Shown: positions 48,458 through 58,438 of the stretch, in pieces
How positions within the stretch are numbered: the first letter of the stretch is position 1
How the letters are laid out: each line of letters starts with the position of its first letter
Program-made: the position numbers and the translations under genes
The notes under the pieces: generated by a model
Databases searched by the model: none
What the model was told of the DNA's origin: nothing
What the model saw: the letters and a program-made list of their open reading frames with translations, nothing else
Source: a virus
IMG/VR virus record: IMGVR_UViG_3300027759_000074
Location: 1-64,000 of that record
Length of the DNA stretch: 64,000 nt
Strand: one strand, 5' to 3'

Positions 48458-49534
48458 ATGGGTGGTATATTTAAAGCCGCTGCCAATATAGTAAGTGCCC
48501 CAGCGAATATTATTAATTCTATTCCTGTTGTAGGACCTATTGCAGGACCTGCTTTTAATATTGCTACAGGTAATTATTTAGGGGCTGCCGGACAAATAGC
48601 GGGTAATGCTGCTATGGGAAGTTACGGGGGCGGCGGAGGTAGTAGCGGTGGCGGAGGAGCAGCTAATGGAGGTATTCCAGCTTATGGATCTACTGACGCT
48701 TCAGGCAATGCAATTCCAGCTACTCCTGGTTTTAACTATGGTGCTAACACCTATACTTACGGCAATCAACCGTATGATGCTTCTAAGTACTTTGTATCAG
48801 GTAATAAAGGCGTATACAACGTTCTTCCCGAGTTAGGTAATATGTATAGCCCAGAAGCTCAAGGTGCGCAAGGCACATCAAGCTTTAATGCATACCAAAA
48901 TATATACGGCAAAATGGCTGGTGATGAATTAGCTCAAGCTAACTTACAAAAATCATTTAATCCTGGCATGTTGTCAGTAGCACCAGTTAATAATACTTAT
49001 ACACCTATTAGTGATTTTAACCCGGCTACTACTCCATACGCAGGAGCTCAGGCAAATTTACCTGATTATTTAAAACAAGATATTCAATCTGCATACGGTG
49101 AATATCAACCACAAGCGCAAACAAGTGGGTCAAGTTATTTACCGATTCAGTATGCTGATTTTGGTTTTGGTAGTGGGGACCAAGCTTATAAATTAGCTCA
49201 ATACGCAGCTCAAAATAAGAACCCTTTCTTCCAAGCTTATGCAGAGCCAACAAATACAGCAGCACCGCAGATGGCTAACCCATTTGCTTTTGCTAGACCG
49301 CCAGAGGCACCAGCGCCTGCACCAAGTCCTTACCAACCTGTAGAAGGCGGAGCACGAAGAGGACCTGCTGAACGAGGTATGGTACCAGCAACAACTGCAT
49401 CATTAGGTACATTTAGACCTGTAGAAGCAAGTACAGCAACACCAACATCAACAGTTACAACGGGTAGACCTGAAGATTATAAACCTGTTAATATTAGAAC
49501 TGGCGGATTAGCTAGTTTAAGGAGAAAAGCATGA
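48458..49534 (+). CDS. Low-complexity putative internal virion protein
   Basis: AAGGA RBS; Gly/Ala/Pro-rich; ends RTGGLASL. Confidence 0.5.
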   Translation: MGGIFKAAANIVSAPANIINSIPVVGPIAGPAFNIATGNYLGAAGQIAGNAAMGSYGGGGGSSGGGGAANGGIPAYGSTDASGNAIPATPGFNYGANTYTYGNQPYDASKYFVSGNKGVYNVLPELGNMYSPEAQGAQGTSSFNAYQNIYGKMAGDELAQANLQKSFNPGMLSVAPVNNTYTPISDFNPATTPYAGAQANLPDYLKQDIQSAYGEYQPQAQTSGSSYLPIQYADFGFGSGDQAYKLAQYAAQNKNPFFQAYAEPTNTAAPQMANPFAFARPPEAPAPAPSPYQPVEGGARRGPAERGMVPATTASLGTFRPVEASTATPTSTVTTGRPEDYKPVNIRTGGLASLRRKA

Positions 49535-49791
49535 GACCTTCAAGAGGCATGGGCGCTATAAAGAAAACTAAAATACCTAGTGCTGTAGAAAATAAAATGC
49601 CTAAAGGAGTAGTTAAAGCTAGACGAGATAATACAGACTTTACTCAGTTTAAAGAAGGTGGACCTGTAGGACTTTATGCAAATATGAATGCTAGAAAAAA
49701 AGCAGGTACTTCACGAAGTAAATCAAAGTCTACAATAACACCTAAAGCATATGCAAATATGAAAGCTGGATTTCCAAAAGGTAAAAAATAA
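49531..49791 (+). CDS. Small basic protein
   Basis: SRGMGAI, FKEGG, GLYANMNAR. Confidence 0.55.
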   Translation: MRPSRGMGAIKKTKIPSAVENKMPKGVVKARRDNTDFTQFKEGGPVGLYANMNARKKAGTSRSKSKSTITPKAYANMKAGFPKGKK

Positions 49792-50735
49792 TGGTAGATA
49801 AAACCACAGGACAGACAAGTTTTAATTTAGATTTAAATAATCTAGTAGAAGACGCATTTGAAAGATGTGGTCAAGAACTTCGTACGGGCTATGATTTAAG
49901 AACTGCAAGACGTAGTTTAAACTTACTTACTATTGAGTGGGCTAATCGTGGTATTAACCTATGGACTGTAGAACCAGGTCAAATTGCATTAAATCAAAAT
50001 CAAATTATGTATGCTTTACCCTCTGATACGATTGATTTACTTGATATGGTAACACGTACAGGTACAGGACAAAATCAACAAGATATTAATATTAACCGCA
50101 TTTCAGAATCAACATATATAACAATCCCTAATAAGAATGCAACAGGTCGTCCTATTCAAGTTTGGATTAATAGACAAAGTGGTCAAGAAAACCCTACTAA
50201 TTTATTATTAGCTGAAACTCTAACTGCTACTGCATCAACAGCTGCTAACCCACAAACAATTACTTTAAGTTCAACTGTTGGTTTAGCTCAGTTTGGCTTT
50301 ATTAAAATAGGTGAAGAAACGATTCAATATGGGGGTATCAGTGGTAATGATTTAACAACATGTATACGAGCCGTTAATAACACTGCATTAGCTCCTCATG
50401 CGATAGGGGATAGAATCTCTGTACAAAATTTACCTACTGTTAATGTTTGGGTAGCTCCAGACCAAAGTGATTTCTATACTTTTGTATATTACAGACTAAG
50501 ACGTATTCAAGACGCAGGCAATGGTGTTAACGTAGAAGATATACCGTTTAGATTTATTCCCGCTATGGTTGCAGGATTAGCTTCTTATTTATCTATAAAA
50601 TTACCTAATGTAGATCCTATGAGAATCCAGATGTTAAAACAAGATTATGAACAAGCATTCCAATTAGCAGCTGAAGAAGATAGAGAAAAAGCTCCAGTAA
50701 GATGGGTACCACGCGAACAGTTTTTTAGGGGCTAA
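49791..50735 (+). CDS. Head-tail connector/adaptor protein
   Basis: EDAFERCG..ARRSLNLL..WANRG; IPFRFIPAMVAGLA. Confidence 0.6.
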   Translation: MVDKTTGQTSFNLDLNNLVEDAFERCGQELRTGYDLRTARRSLNLLTIEWANRGINLWTVEPGQIALNQNQIMYALPSDTIDLLDMVTRTGTGQNQQDININRISESTYITIPNKNATGRPIQVWINRQSGQENPTNLLLAETLTATASTAANPQTITLSSTVGLAQFGFIKIGEETIQYGGISGNDLTTCIRAVNNTALAPHAIGDRISVQNLPTVNVWVAPDQSDFYTFVYYRLRRIQDAGNGVNVEDIPFRFIPAMVAGLASYLSIKLPNVDPMRIQMLKQDYEQAFQLAAEEDREKAPVRWVPREQFFRG

Positions 50736-51128
50736 GTGATGGCTGATGTAGCTGAAATTTTAAAAAGACTTAATCTAGATGCTGGTGGGGTAAAGTCAGA
50801 TGATGTTACTTCTGTAGGCGGTAGGTTAGGATATGTACATCCTATTGATGATACATCAAGTCTAGAAGTAGGCGCTTCCGGTCATTATGCAAAAGGTAAA
50901 GGATGGAAAGATTCTAATATTGATAGAGGCGATGTTACATATTCTAAAGAATTTGAAAATAAACATAAGTTAAGAGCTAGTTTAGGTGGCGGCGCCAAAG
51001 GTATCGATGAAGTTAAAGCAACATATGAAATTCCTTTTAAAAAAGGTGGCAAAGTTAAAGCTAAGGCACCTAAAGTACGTGGACACGGCATAGAGAAAAA
51101 AGGTAAGACAAAAGGCAGGTTCGTTTAA
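50736..51128 (+). CDS. Beta-strand-rich protein with KKGG basic tail
   Basis: Amphipathic strands ending KATYEIPF. Confidence 0.5.
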   Translation: MMADVAEILKRLNLDAGGVKSDDVTSVGGRLGYVHPIDDTSSLEVGASGHYAKGKGWKDSNIDRGDVTYSKEFENKHKLRASLGGGAKGIDEVKATYEIPFKKGGKVKAKAPKVRGHGIEKKGKTKGRFV

Positions 51129-51559
51129 TGCCAACCAATTTTGCAAGCGCCAAGAACTCGATTGCGCAGTGTGATCGCTGCGGGTTTAGATACAAACTAA
51201 AAGAGTTAAAACGCTTAGTTATTAAGACAAAAAATGTTAATATATTGGTATGCCATGAATGTTGGGAACCGGATCAGCCACAATTACAACTTGGTATGTA
51301 CCCAGTGCAAGATCCACAAGCAGTACGTAATCCAAGACCTGATAGTCCTGGTTATTATCAAGCAGGTTTAAATGGATTACAAACATTAGAACAAACGGGT
51401 CCTTCAACCTCTGAAACAGGCGTGCCTACAATGGGTAGCAGAATTATTCAATGGGGTTGGAATCCTGTAGGCGGTTCGAGATTAAACGATGCTGGATTAA
51501 CGCCTAATGATCTAGTGGGAATAGGTAATGTAGGCACAGTAACAGTATCAACAACATAA
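51128..51559 (+). CDS. Zinc-finger protein
   Basis: CDRCGF...CHECWE..PQ. Confidence 0.6.
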   Translation: MPTNFASAKNSIAQCDRCGFRYKLKELKRLVIKTKNVNILVCHECWEPDQPQLQLGMYPVQDPQAVRNPRPDSPGYYQAGLNGLQTLEQTGPSTSETGVPTMGSRIIQWGWNPVGGSRLNDAGLTPNDLVGIGNVGTVTVSTT

Positions 51560-51570
51560 GGAGAAATAAC

Positions 51571-51765
51571 ATGACATTCAGAAAAGCAGCGGATGGTATT
51601 ACTAAACAAGGTAAAACTAAAGGTCGTAACTTAGGTGACGACGGCGCTACAGTAGCTATTCAAAACGGTCCAAAAGAATCAGGCAGCAAAGGTGGTAAAA
51701 CTAATGCTGATATGAAGAAAATGGGTCGTGGTATGGCTAAAGTTGCAGCACAAAAAAAGGGGTAA
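51571..51765 (+). CDS. Small basic protein
   Basis: AAGGAG RBS; ADGITKQGKTKG. Confidence 0.55.
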   Translation: MTFRKAADGITKQGKTKGRNLGDDGATVAIQNGPKESGSKGGKTNADMKKMGRGMAKVAAQKKG

Positions 51766-51769
51766 TAAA

Positions 51770-52114
51770 ATGGCTAAAAATGACTTTCCAAAACCAACAC
51801 CAGCGGAATCATATCCACTAGGTCACGCTAAAGAAAACAAAGATGCAAGTGCCTATACAGGATTTAAATACCCATCAGGCGGTACTGGCAGCGATATTGG
51901 TATCTATAAACAACCAATGCCTAACCCAAATAGTACTGATATACATTTCAGTCAAGATCCTAATAAATTAAGATCACAACAAATTAGTAAGCAAACAGGT
52001 GTCCAACGTGTAAGCGTAGGTGATCCTACTCGCCCTGCTAAGACTGAAGGTATTACTATTCGTGGTTGCGGCGCAGCTACTAAAGGTACTAAAGCTAGAG
52101 GTCCGATGGCGTAA
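51770..52114 (+). CDS. Small basic protein
   Basis: Start reassigned; ends RGCGAATKGTKARGPMA. Confidence 0.55.
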   Translation: MAKNDFPKPTPAESYPLGHAKENKDASAYTGFKYPSGGTGSDIGIYKQPMPNPNSTDIHFSQDPNKLRSQQISKQTGVQRVSVGDPTRPAKTEGITIRGCGAATKGTKARGPMA

Positions 52115-52749
52115 TGAACTACACGCAGCTAGTTGATGAAATACAAAGTTATGTAGAAAATACGTTTCAGACAACGGATATAGACACGTTTATAACCCAA
52201 GCCGAACAACGTATTTATAACTCAGTGCAACTTCCTGCGCTTAGAAAGAACGTAACAGGCTCGCTTACTACAGGTAATAAATATTTAGCTATGCCTAGTG
52301 ATTGGCTTGCTACATTTAGTTTGGCAGTGATTAATGCAGATAATGAATACTTATATCTTTTAAACAAAGATGTAAACTTTATTAGGCAGTCTTACCCAGA
52401 TACAGATTCTGATTATTATGGTGAACCTGCATATTATGCGGTATTTGATAGTACTACATTTATTGTAGGACCTACTCCAGATGCTTCGTATGCTGCGGAA
52501 CTTCATTATTTTTATTATCCAGAGTCCATCACTACTGCTGGCACATCTTGGTTAGGCGATAACTTTAGTTCTACATTGTTATATGGCTCATTATTAGAAG
52601 CTTATACCTACATGAAGGGCGAACAAGACATTATTAATCAATACCAAAAACGATATGATGAAGCTATGATTCTATTGAAACAACTAGCTGACGGCAAAGA
52701 TAGACAAGATGCTTATCGTTCAGGTCAAGTAAGGTACCCAGTTAGATGA
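52114..52749 (+). CDS. Tail adaptor / tubular protein A-like
   Basis: FITQAEQRI..PTPD..Y..LLYGSLLEAY. Confidence 0.6.
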   Translation: MNYTQLVDEIQSYVENTFQTTDIDTFITQAEQRIYNSVQLPALRKNVTGSLTTGNKYLAMPSDWLATFSLAVINADNEYLYLLNKDVNFIRQSYPDTDSDYYGEPAYYAVFDSTTFIVGPTPDASYAAELHYFYYPESITTAGTSWLGDNFSSTLLYGSLLEAYTYMKGEQDIINQYQKRYDEAMILLKQLADGKDRQDAYRSGQVRYPVR

Positions 52750-53171
52750 TCTTAGGACAAGCACTGACCACAACCTTTAAGGTAAACTTATTAAAAGGTT
52801 TAGAGAATTTTTACACGGGGTCACCTTATACATATAAAATAGCCTTGTATAATGCGGTAGCTACTTTAAATAGCGAAACAACGGCATATACAACGCAAGA
52901 CGAAATTACAGGTACTGGCTATATAGCGGGGGGTAAAGTTTTAGCTCCTACCGTAGGTAGTGATCCTAGTAATAACACGGCTTATGTTACGTTTGCTAAT
53001 GTAACTTGGAGCCCTGCAAGCTTTACGACTGCTGGCGCTTTAATATATAATAGCACTACAAATGCATCAGTCGCAGTACTAAATTTTGGTGGTCAAAAAA
53101 CAGCCACTACAACATTTACAATAGAATTCCCTTCAGCAACTTCAACCACTGCTGTAATACGAATTAACTAA
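52746..53171 (+). CDS. Tail protein
   Basis: KIALY..GTGYIAGG..GALIYN. Confidence 0.55.
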   Translation: MILGQALTTTFKVNLLKGLENFYTGSPYTYKIALYNAVATLNSETTAYTTQDEITGTGYIAGGKVLAPTVGSDPSNNTAYVTFANVTWSPASFTTAGALIYNSTTNASVAVLNFGGQKTATTTFTIEFPSATSTTAVIRIN

Positions 53172-53181
53172 AGGAGTAATT

Positions 53182-53778
53182 ATGAGCAACATAGACAAAT
53201 TTGGAATGGGCGACTCAGTTGATGCGTCTGTGACAAGAAATGCTGGATCAAATGATGAGTTTGGTCTAAACGGCGTCTATACATTTACATGCTACGATCA
53301 AGACGGCAATGTTAAATGGGAAGACGCATTTGAAAATTTAACAACAAACGTAGGTCGTCAAAGCTTACTAAATTCTTATTTTGCTAACACAGGTGGCGGC
53401 GCAGTTGTTATGGGTCTTATGACTAATAATGCTGTACCAGCATCTATTCCAGCTTATACAGATACACAAGCATCTCATGCTGGTTGGTTTGAAGCAGGTT
53501 CTGCAAATGCACCTACATACTCTGGTACAAGAAAAACACCAGCGTTTAGTACTGCAACAAATGCTAACCCATCAGTATTAACTACATCAGCAGCGGTAGT
53601 ATTCTCAATGACTGGTTCTGGTACTGTAACAGGTGCATTTATTAATATTGGTGGTTCATCAGCGATTGATAACACAACAGGTACATTGTTCTCTGCAGGT
53701 AACTTTACAGCAGGTTCTAAAACTGTAACATCAGGCGACACAATTAACGTAACATATACTTTATCAGCTTCGGGCTAA
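53182..53778 (+). CDS. Tail protein
   Basis: Beta-rich; GDTINVTYTL. Confidence 0.55.
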   Translation: MSNIDKFGMGDSVDASVTRNAGSNDEFGLNGVYTFTCYDQDGNVKWEDAFENLTTNVGRQSLLNSYFANTGGGAVVMGLMTNNAVPASIPAYTDTQASHAGWFEAGSANAPTYSGTRKTPAFSTATNANPSVLTTSAAVVFSMTGSGTVTGAFINIGGSSAIDNTTGTLFSAGNFTAGSKTVTSGDTINVTYTLSASG

Positions 53779-53788
53779 GGAGTCTTAA

Positions 53789-55636
53789 ATGGCTCTAGTG
53801 GTCTATGATCGAGTCCAGGAAACGACGACTACATCAGGTACGGGTTCTGTAACCTTACTTGGTGCAGTCAGCGGGTTCCAATCGTTTGCTGTTGTTGGAA
53901 ATAGCAATACTACCTATTACACTATTACAGATGGTGCTCAATGGGAAGTAGGTATTGGTACATATTCAACTTCAGGTCCTACGTTAGCACGTACTACAGT
54001 ATTATCTAATTCAAATGGTAATACATCGCCTATTACTTTATCAGGCGGAACAGCTCAAGTCTTTGTTACTTATACTGCTGAAAAATCAGTCAATCTAGAT
54101 GCTTCTGGTAATGTTACTCCTTTAGGTACCATTGCGTCTGGCACTTGGCAAGGAACTACGGTTGGAGTTTCTTACGGCGGTACGGGTGTAACAGCTTCTT
54201 CTGGTGGTAGTAGCGTAGTATTAAGAGATGCTAATCAAAACACTTCACTTAATAATATCTTTAGAAATATAACGTCTACAGTATCAGCAGGTGGAACAAC
54301 ACTACTTACAGCGGCTTCATCATTTTCACAAGTTTTAACAGGTTCTACAACTCAAACCTTTCGGCTCCCTGATGCTACTACATTAGTTAATGGCGCTAGT
54401 TTCCAGTTTAATAATAACTCTACAGGTAACATGACTATTGTAGATTATGGTTCCAATGCAATTGCTACTGTAGATAATGGTGGCGCTGCACAAATATTTT
54501 TAACATCAACTAGTACTGCTAATGGTGTTTGGGATACGCATGGATTTATTCCTGAAAGTATTGAGTGGGGTACAAATGCTTTATATTTAGCGTCTACTGT
54601 AATTACAGGCGGTACTTGGAACGGTGGCACAATTGGTACAGGTTATGGTGGTACAGGATTAACTAGCTTTACTTCTGGTGGCGCTTTATATGCAACATCT
54701 ACATCGTCTTTAACTAGCGGTACTTTACCTGTTACAGCAGGTGGTACAGCAGCTAGTACGTTTACAGCTAATGGTATTTTATATGGTAATGGCACTTCTG
54801 CATTAGGTGTAACAGGAGCTGGTACTACAGGACAAGTTCTTTTAGCTAATACAAGTGGCGCTCCAACATGGGGTTCAGTACCATCCACAGGCGCAGTTAC
54901 AACATTCCAAACTTCACTTAACGGATTAACACCAAGTACAGCTACAGCAGGTGCTGTAACATTAGCAGGGACTTTAGGTCCTACATCAGGTGGTACAGGA
55001 CTATCTGCTTATACTACCGGTGATATTATTTATGCCTCAGCTACAAACACATTAGCGGCATTAGCAGATGTAGCAACAGGTAATGCTTTAATTTCAGGCG
55101 GTGTTACTACAGCACCTTCATGGGGTAAGATTGGTTTAACTACACATGTATCAGGTACACTTCCAGTAGCTAATGGTGGTACAGGTTCTACATCATTTAC
55201 TGCATATGGTGTTTTAACTGGCGGTACAACTTCTACAGGCGCTGTTCAATCAGTAGCTGCGATAGGCACAAGTGGTCAAGTATTAACATCTAATGGTGCA
55301 GGTGCATTACCTACATTCCAAACAGTAAGTGCCGGTCTCACTGTAACTAATGATACTTCTACTGCTACAGCGTTATACCCAACATTTACAAGTGCTACAT
55401 CAGGTTCTATATCAGGTATCAGCGTTACAAGTAGTAAGTTTACTTTTGTGCCAACTACTGGTTCTTTAACAGCGCCACAAACTGTGGCATCAAATGGTCT
55501 AGTTGTAAATAGTAATACAGTAAGCGCAAGTTATAGTATTCCAAGTGGATCAAGCGCTACAAGTACAGGTCCTATGACTATAAGTAGTGGAGTTGCTGTG
55601 ACTGTACCTACTGGATCTAGGTGGGTAGTGTTATAA
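53789..55636 (+). CDS. Tail fibre protein
   Basis: DRVQETTTTSGTG N-terminus; GTLPVxxGGTG and GQVL repeats. Confidence 0.75.
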   Translation: MALVVYDRVQETTTTSGTGSVTLLGAVSGFQSFAVVGNSNTTYYTITDGAQWEVGIGTYSTSGPTLARTTVLSNSNGNTSPITLSGGTAQVFVTYTAEKSVNLDASGNVTPLGTIASGTWQGTTVGVSYGGTGVTASSGGSSVVLRDANQNTSLNNIFRNITSTVSAGGTTLLTAASSFSQVLTGSTTQTFRLPDATTLVNGASFQFNNNSTGNMTIVDYGSNAIATVDNGGAAQIFLTSTSTANGVWDTHGFIPESIEWGTNALYLASTVITGGTWNGGTIGTGYGGTGLTSFTSGGALYATSTSSLTSGTLPVTAGGTAASTFTANGILYGNGTSALGVTGAGTTGQVLLANTSGAPTWGSVPSTGAVTTFQTSLNGLTPSTATAGAVTLAGTLGPTSGGTGLSAYTTGDIIYASATNTLAALADVATGNALISGGVTTAPSWGKIGLTTHVSGTLPVANGGTGSTSFTAYGVLTGGTTSTGAVQSVAAIGTSGQVLTSNGAGALPTFQTVSAGLTVTNDTSTATALYPTFTSATSGSISGISVTSSKFTFVPTTGSLTAPQTVASNGLVVNSNTVSASYSIPSGSSATSTGPMTISSGVAVTVPTGSRWVVL

Positions 55637-55637
55637 C

Positions 55638-56576
55638 ATGTTTGGGCTATCGACCTTTGCCCAAGCTCCGTTCGCTTCATTAGGTGGTACAAAATATGAT
55701 GTAGCTACGGATGAGAGCTTTAGCTTAAGTGATGTGTATGCTATATCAAAAATAGATTATGCTGGGATAGTTGATGACACTATTGCATTAACTGATGATG
55801 TACCAAACCAATTTAATTACTATTTAAATACTGATGAAACATTTGATTTAGCAGACGACTATACAGGTAATTTAGATTCAAGCGCTGCTAACGATGAAAG
55901 TTTAGCACTTACTACAGAAGAATTAGGTGCATGGAATACAAGTGCATCACTTGCTGAAACATTTAGTATAAGCGAAGCAGTATCTTCAATCGTTACATTT
56001 TTAGCAGACCGCGAAGAAGCTGCTACGTTAACTACAACTGAAAATGCTGGAGCTACATTTGTAGGCTTAGACGAAGAACTTGTTTATTTAACTACGACCG
56101 AAGAAGGACAAGTAGAGTTTGCTGGTTTAACTGAAGAAACAGTTACCTTAACAGATACAGAAGCAGCACAAGCTGACTTCGTAGGCGCAGTTGATGAAAG
56201 TACGACTTTAGCTGACGAATATATTGGTAATGCAGATTACTTTGATTCAATAACTGAAGCGTTTGCTTTATCTGATGAATATGTAGGTGGCTTTGGTTTC
56301 TACGCTGATGTAGATGAAACAGTAGACCTAACAGATGTTTATAGTGGTATTCGCATGGTCTACGCAACAGTAACTGATACAACAGGATTTACAGATACAT
56401 ATGTAGCGGTAGGCAATTTTAACCCAACAGTAGCTGAACTAATAACTATCATGGATATGGTTTGCGTTGCGGGTTGGTTTGTAATAGATGATTCTCAAAC
56501 AGCTAGCTGGGTTGATGTTAATACTGCTCAAACCGCAAATTGGGGCTCAATACCTACTACTGTACCATGTGTTTAA
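55638..56576 (+). CDS. Acidic repeat tail-associated protein
   Basis: MFGLSTFAQAPFASLG; ~21-aa DExxxLxD repeats. Confidence 0.55.
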   Translation: MFGLSTFAQAPFASLGGTKYDVATDESFSLSDVYAISKIDYAGIVDDTIALTDDVPNQFNYYLNTDETFDLADDYTGNLDSSAANDESLALTTEELGAWNTSASLAETFSISEAVSSIVTFLADREEAATLTTTENAGATFVGLDEELVYLTTTEEGQVEFAGLTEETVTLTDTEAAQADFVGAVDESTTLADEYIGNADYFDSITEAFALSDEYVGGFGFYADVDETVDLTDVYSGIRMVYATVTDTTGFTDTYVAVGNFNPTVAELITIMDMVCVAGWFVIDDSQTASWVDVNTAQTANWGSIPTTVPCV

Positions 56577-56608
56577 TGTATAATACAGAAATATAAAAAG
56601 GATTTTTT

Positions 56609-57574
56609 ATGGCAAGTACCTATAGTGATTTAAAGATAGAACTTATTGGAACGGGTGAGCAATCAGGTACCTGGGGCACCACTACGAATACCAATTTAAG
56701 TACGGCATTAAGTGAAGCTATTACAGGTTCTGCTGATGTTGCCTTCTCAAGTGCCGATGTAACCCTAACACTTACTAATACTAATGGAGCTCAAACTGCT
56801 CGTAACTTAAGACTTAATCTCACAGGTACTTCAGGTGGTGCTCGTAACCTTATCTTAGGTTCAGGCTGTCAAATTGAGAAATTCTACCTAATTAACAATG
56901 GTTTAGCAGACGCTGTTACAGTAAAAAATACATCAGGTACAGGTACTGCAGTCCCTGCTGGTACAGCAATGTTAGTCTTTAATAACGGCACTAACGTTGT
57001 TAATCCTCTTACTTATGTTACAGGCACTATTGTTACAAGTTCAGCTACAATCACAGGCGGTACGATTAATAATACAGCCATCGGTGGAAGTACTGCAGCA
57101 GCAGGTGCGTTTACTACATTAGCAGCTTCTGGTACTTTAGGTGTCGCAGGAAATACAACTTTATCTGCTGACTTAGCCGTTAATGGAAACACTACACTTG
57201 GTAATGCTTCATCTGATACAATAACACTTAATGCTAACACAGCAAACGTACCTAACAACTTAAACTTTAATGGTACAGGTAGTATTACGTTACCTAATGG
57301 TACAACAGGAGAAAGACCAACCCCAGTTACAGGTATGGTTCGTTATAATAGTACTGAAGGTACTTTTGAAGGATACTCAAATGGTGCTTGGGGTGCAATT
57401 GGTGGTGGTGCTACAGGCGGTGGTGGTGACCAAGTATTCTACGAAAACGAATTAACAGTAACAGCAGATTACACTTTAACAACAGCAAGAAACGCAATGT
57501 CTACAGGACCCATAACAATCGATTCAGGTATTACCGTGACAGTTCCAACAGATCAGCGTTGGGTCATATTATAG
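56609..57574 (+). CDS. Tail fibre protein
   Basis: MASTYS..GEQSGTWG; GTTGERP..RYN..FEGY. Confidence 0.7.
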   Translation: MASTYSDLKIELIGTGEQSGTWGTTTNTNLSTALSEAITGSADVAFSSADVTLTLTNTNGAQTARNLRLNLTGTSGGARNLILGSGCQIEKFYLINNGLADAVTVKNTSGTGTAVPAGTAMLVFNNGTNVVNPLTYVTGTIVTSSATITGGTINNTAIGGSTAAAGAFTTLAASGTLGVAGNTTLSADLAVNGNTTLGNASSDTITLNANTANVPNNLNFNGTGSITLPNGTTGERPTPVTGMVRYNSTEGTFEGYSNGAWGAIGGGATGGGGDQVFYENELTVTADYTLTTARNAMSTGPITIDSGITVTVPTDQRWVIL

Positions 57575-57583
57575 GAGAAGTAA

Positions 57584-58438
57584 ATGGCACAAATTATTCT
57601 AGATTCTAATAATAACTTAATACAAGGTGACTTTGATAACGCCACGTTAAACAATCGTACTAAGTTACAAACCACAACAACTAATGCCACGACTAACGTG
57701 TACATAGCTCCTAACGGCTCATCTACATCTGCCGGTGTTTCAGTCGCTAATAACTCAAGTCTTACTAATGCATCTAAGATTGTCATGGCTACAAACGGCA
57801 CAACAGATACACAAATTATTTCTGGTATAAATGGGTCTGGTACTTATTTACCTTTGAGTTTTTATACGAACAATGCTTTGGCGATGCAAATTGATACGGC
57901 TAATAATGTGTTGGTAGGAACTACAACAGCTAATGCAAGAATAACATCACAATCGTCAAATAACAACGCATCTTCATTTGCGTTATGGTGTATGAACAGT
58001 TCATCAACACAACTTTTAAAAGTGCGAGATGACGGTTTGATTGAAACTGGAACAGCTACAAACTCTCCATATAACTATACAACTGGTTCAGCGGCTAATA
58101 CATTTATAAATTCCAGCGGACAATTTCAACGTTCAACATCGTCATTAAAATATAAACAAAATGTACAAGATGCAACACACGGTTTAAGTGATGTATTAAA
58201 ACTTCGCCCTGTTACGTTTACAAGTAAAAATGATGAATCAGGCACAATATTTGGTGGTTTAATTGCAGAAGAAGTTCACGAAGCTGGATTAACTGAATTT
58301 GTGCAATATTCAGAAGACGGTAGTCCAGATGCTTTGGCTTATGCAAATATGGTTTCACTTTTAACAAAAGCCATACAAGAACAACAAACCATTATCAACG
58401 AATTAAAATCAAGAATAGAAGCTTTGGAGAGTAAATAA
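57584..58438 (+). CDS. Tail fibre with peptidase S74 intramolecular chaperone
   Basis: TSSLKYKQNV..LRPVTF..GLIAEEV..C-terminal coiled coil. Confidence 0.8.
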   Translation: MAQIILDSNNNLIQGDFDNATLNNRTKLQTTTTNATTNVYIAPNGSSTSAGVSVANNSSLTNASKIVMATNGTTDTQIISGINGSGTYLPLSFYTNNALAMQIDTANNVLVGTTTANARITSQSSNNNASSFALWCMNSSSTQLLKVRDDGLIETGTATNSPYNYTTGSAANTFINSSGQFQRSTSSLKYKQNVQDATHGLSDVLKLRPVTFTSKNDESGTIFGGLIAEEVHEAGLTEFVQYSEDGSPDALAYANMVSLLTKAIQEQQTIINELKSRIEALESK

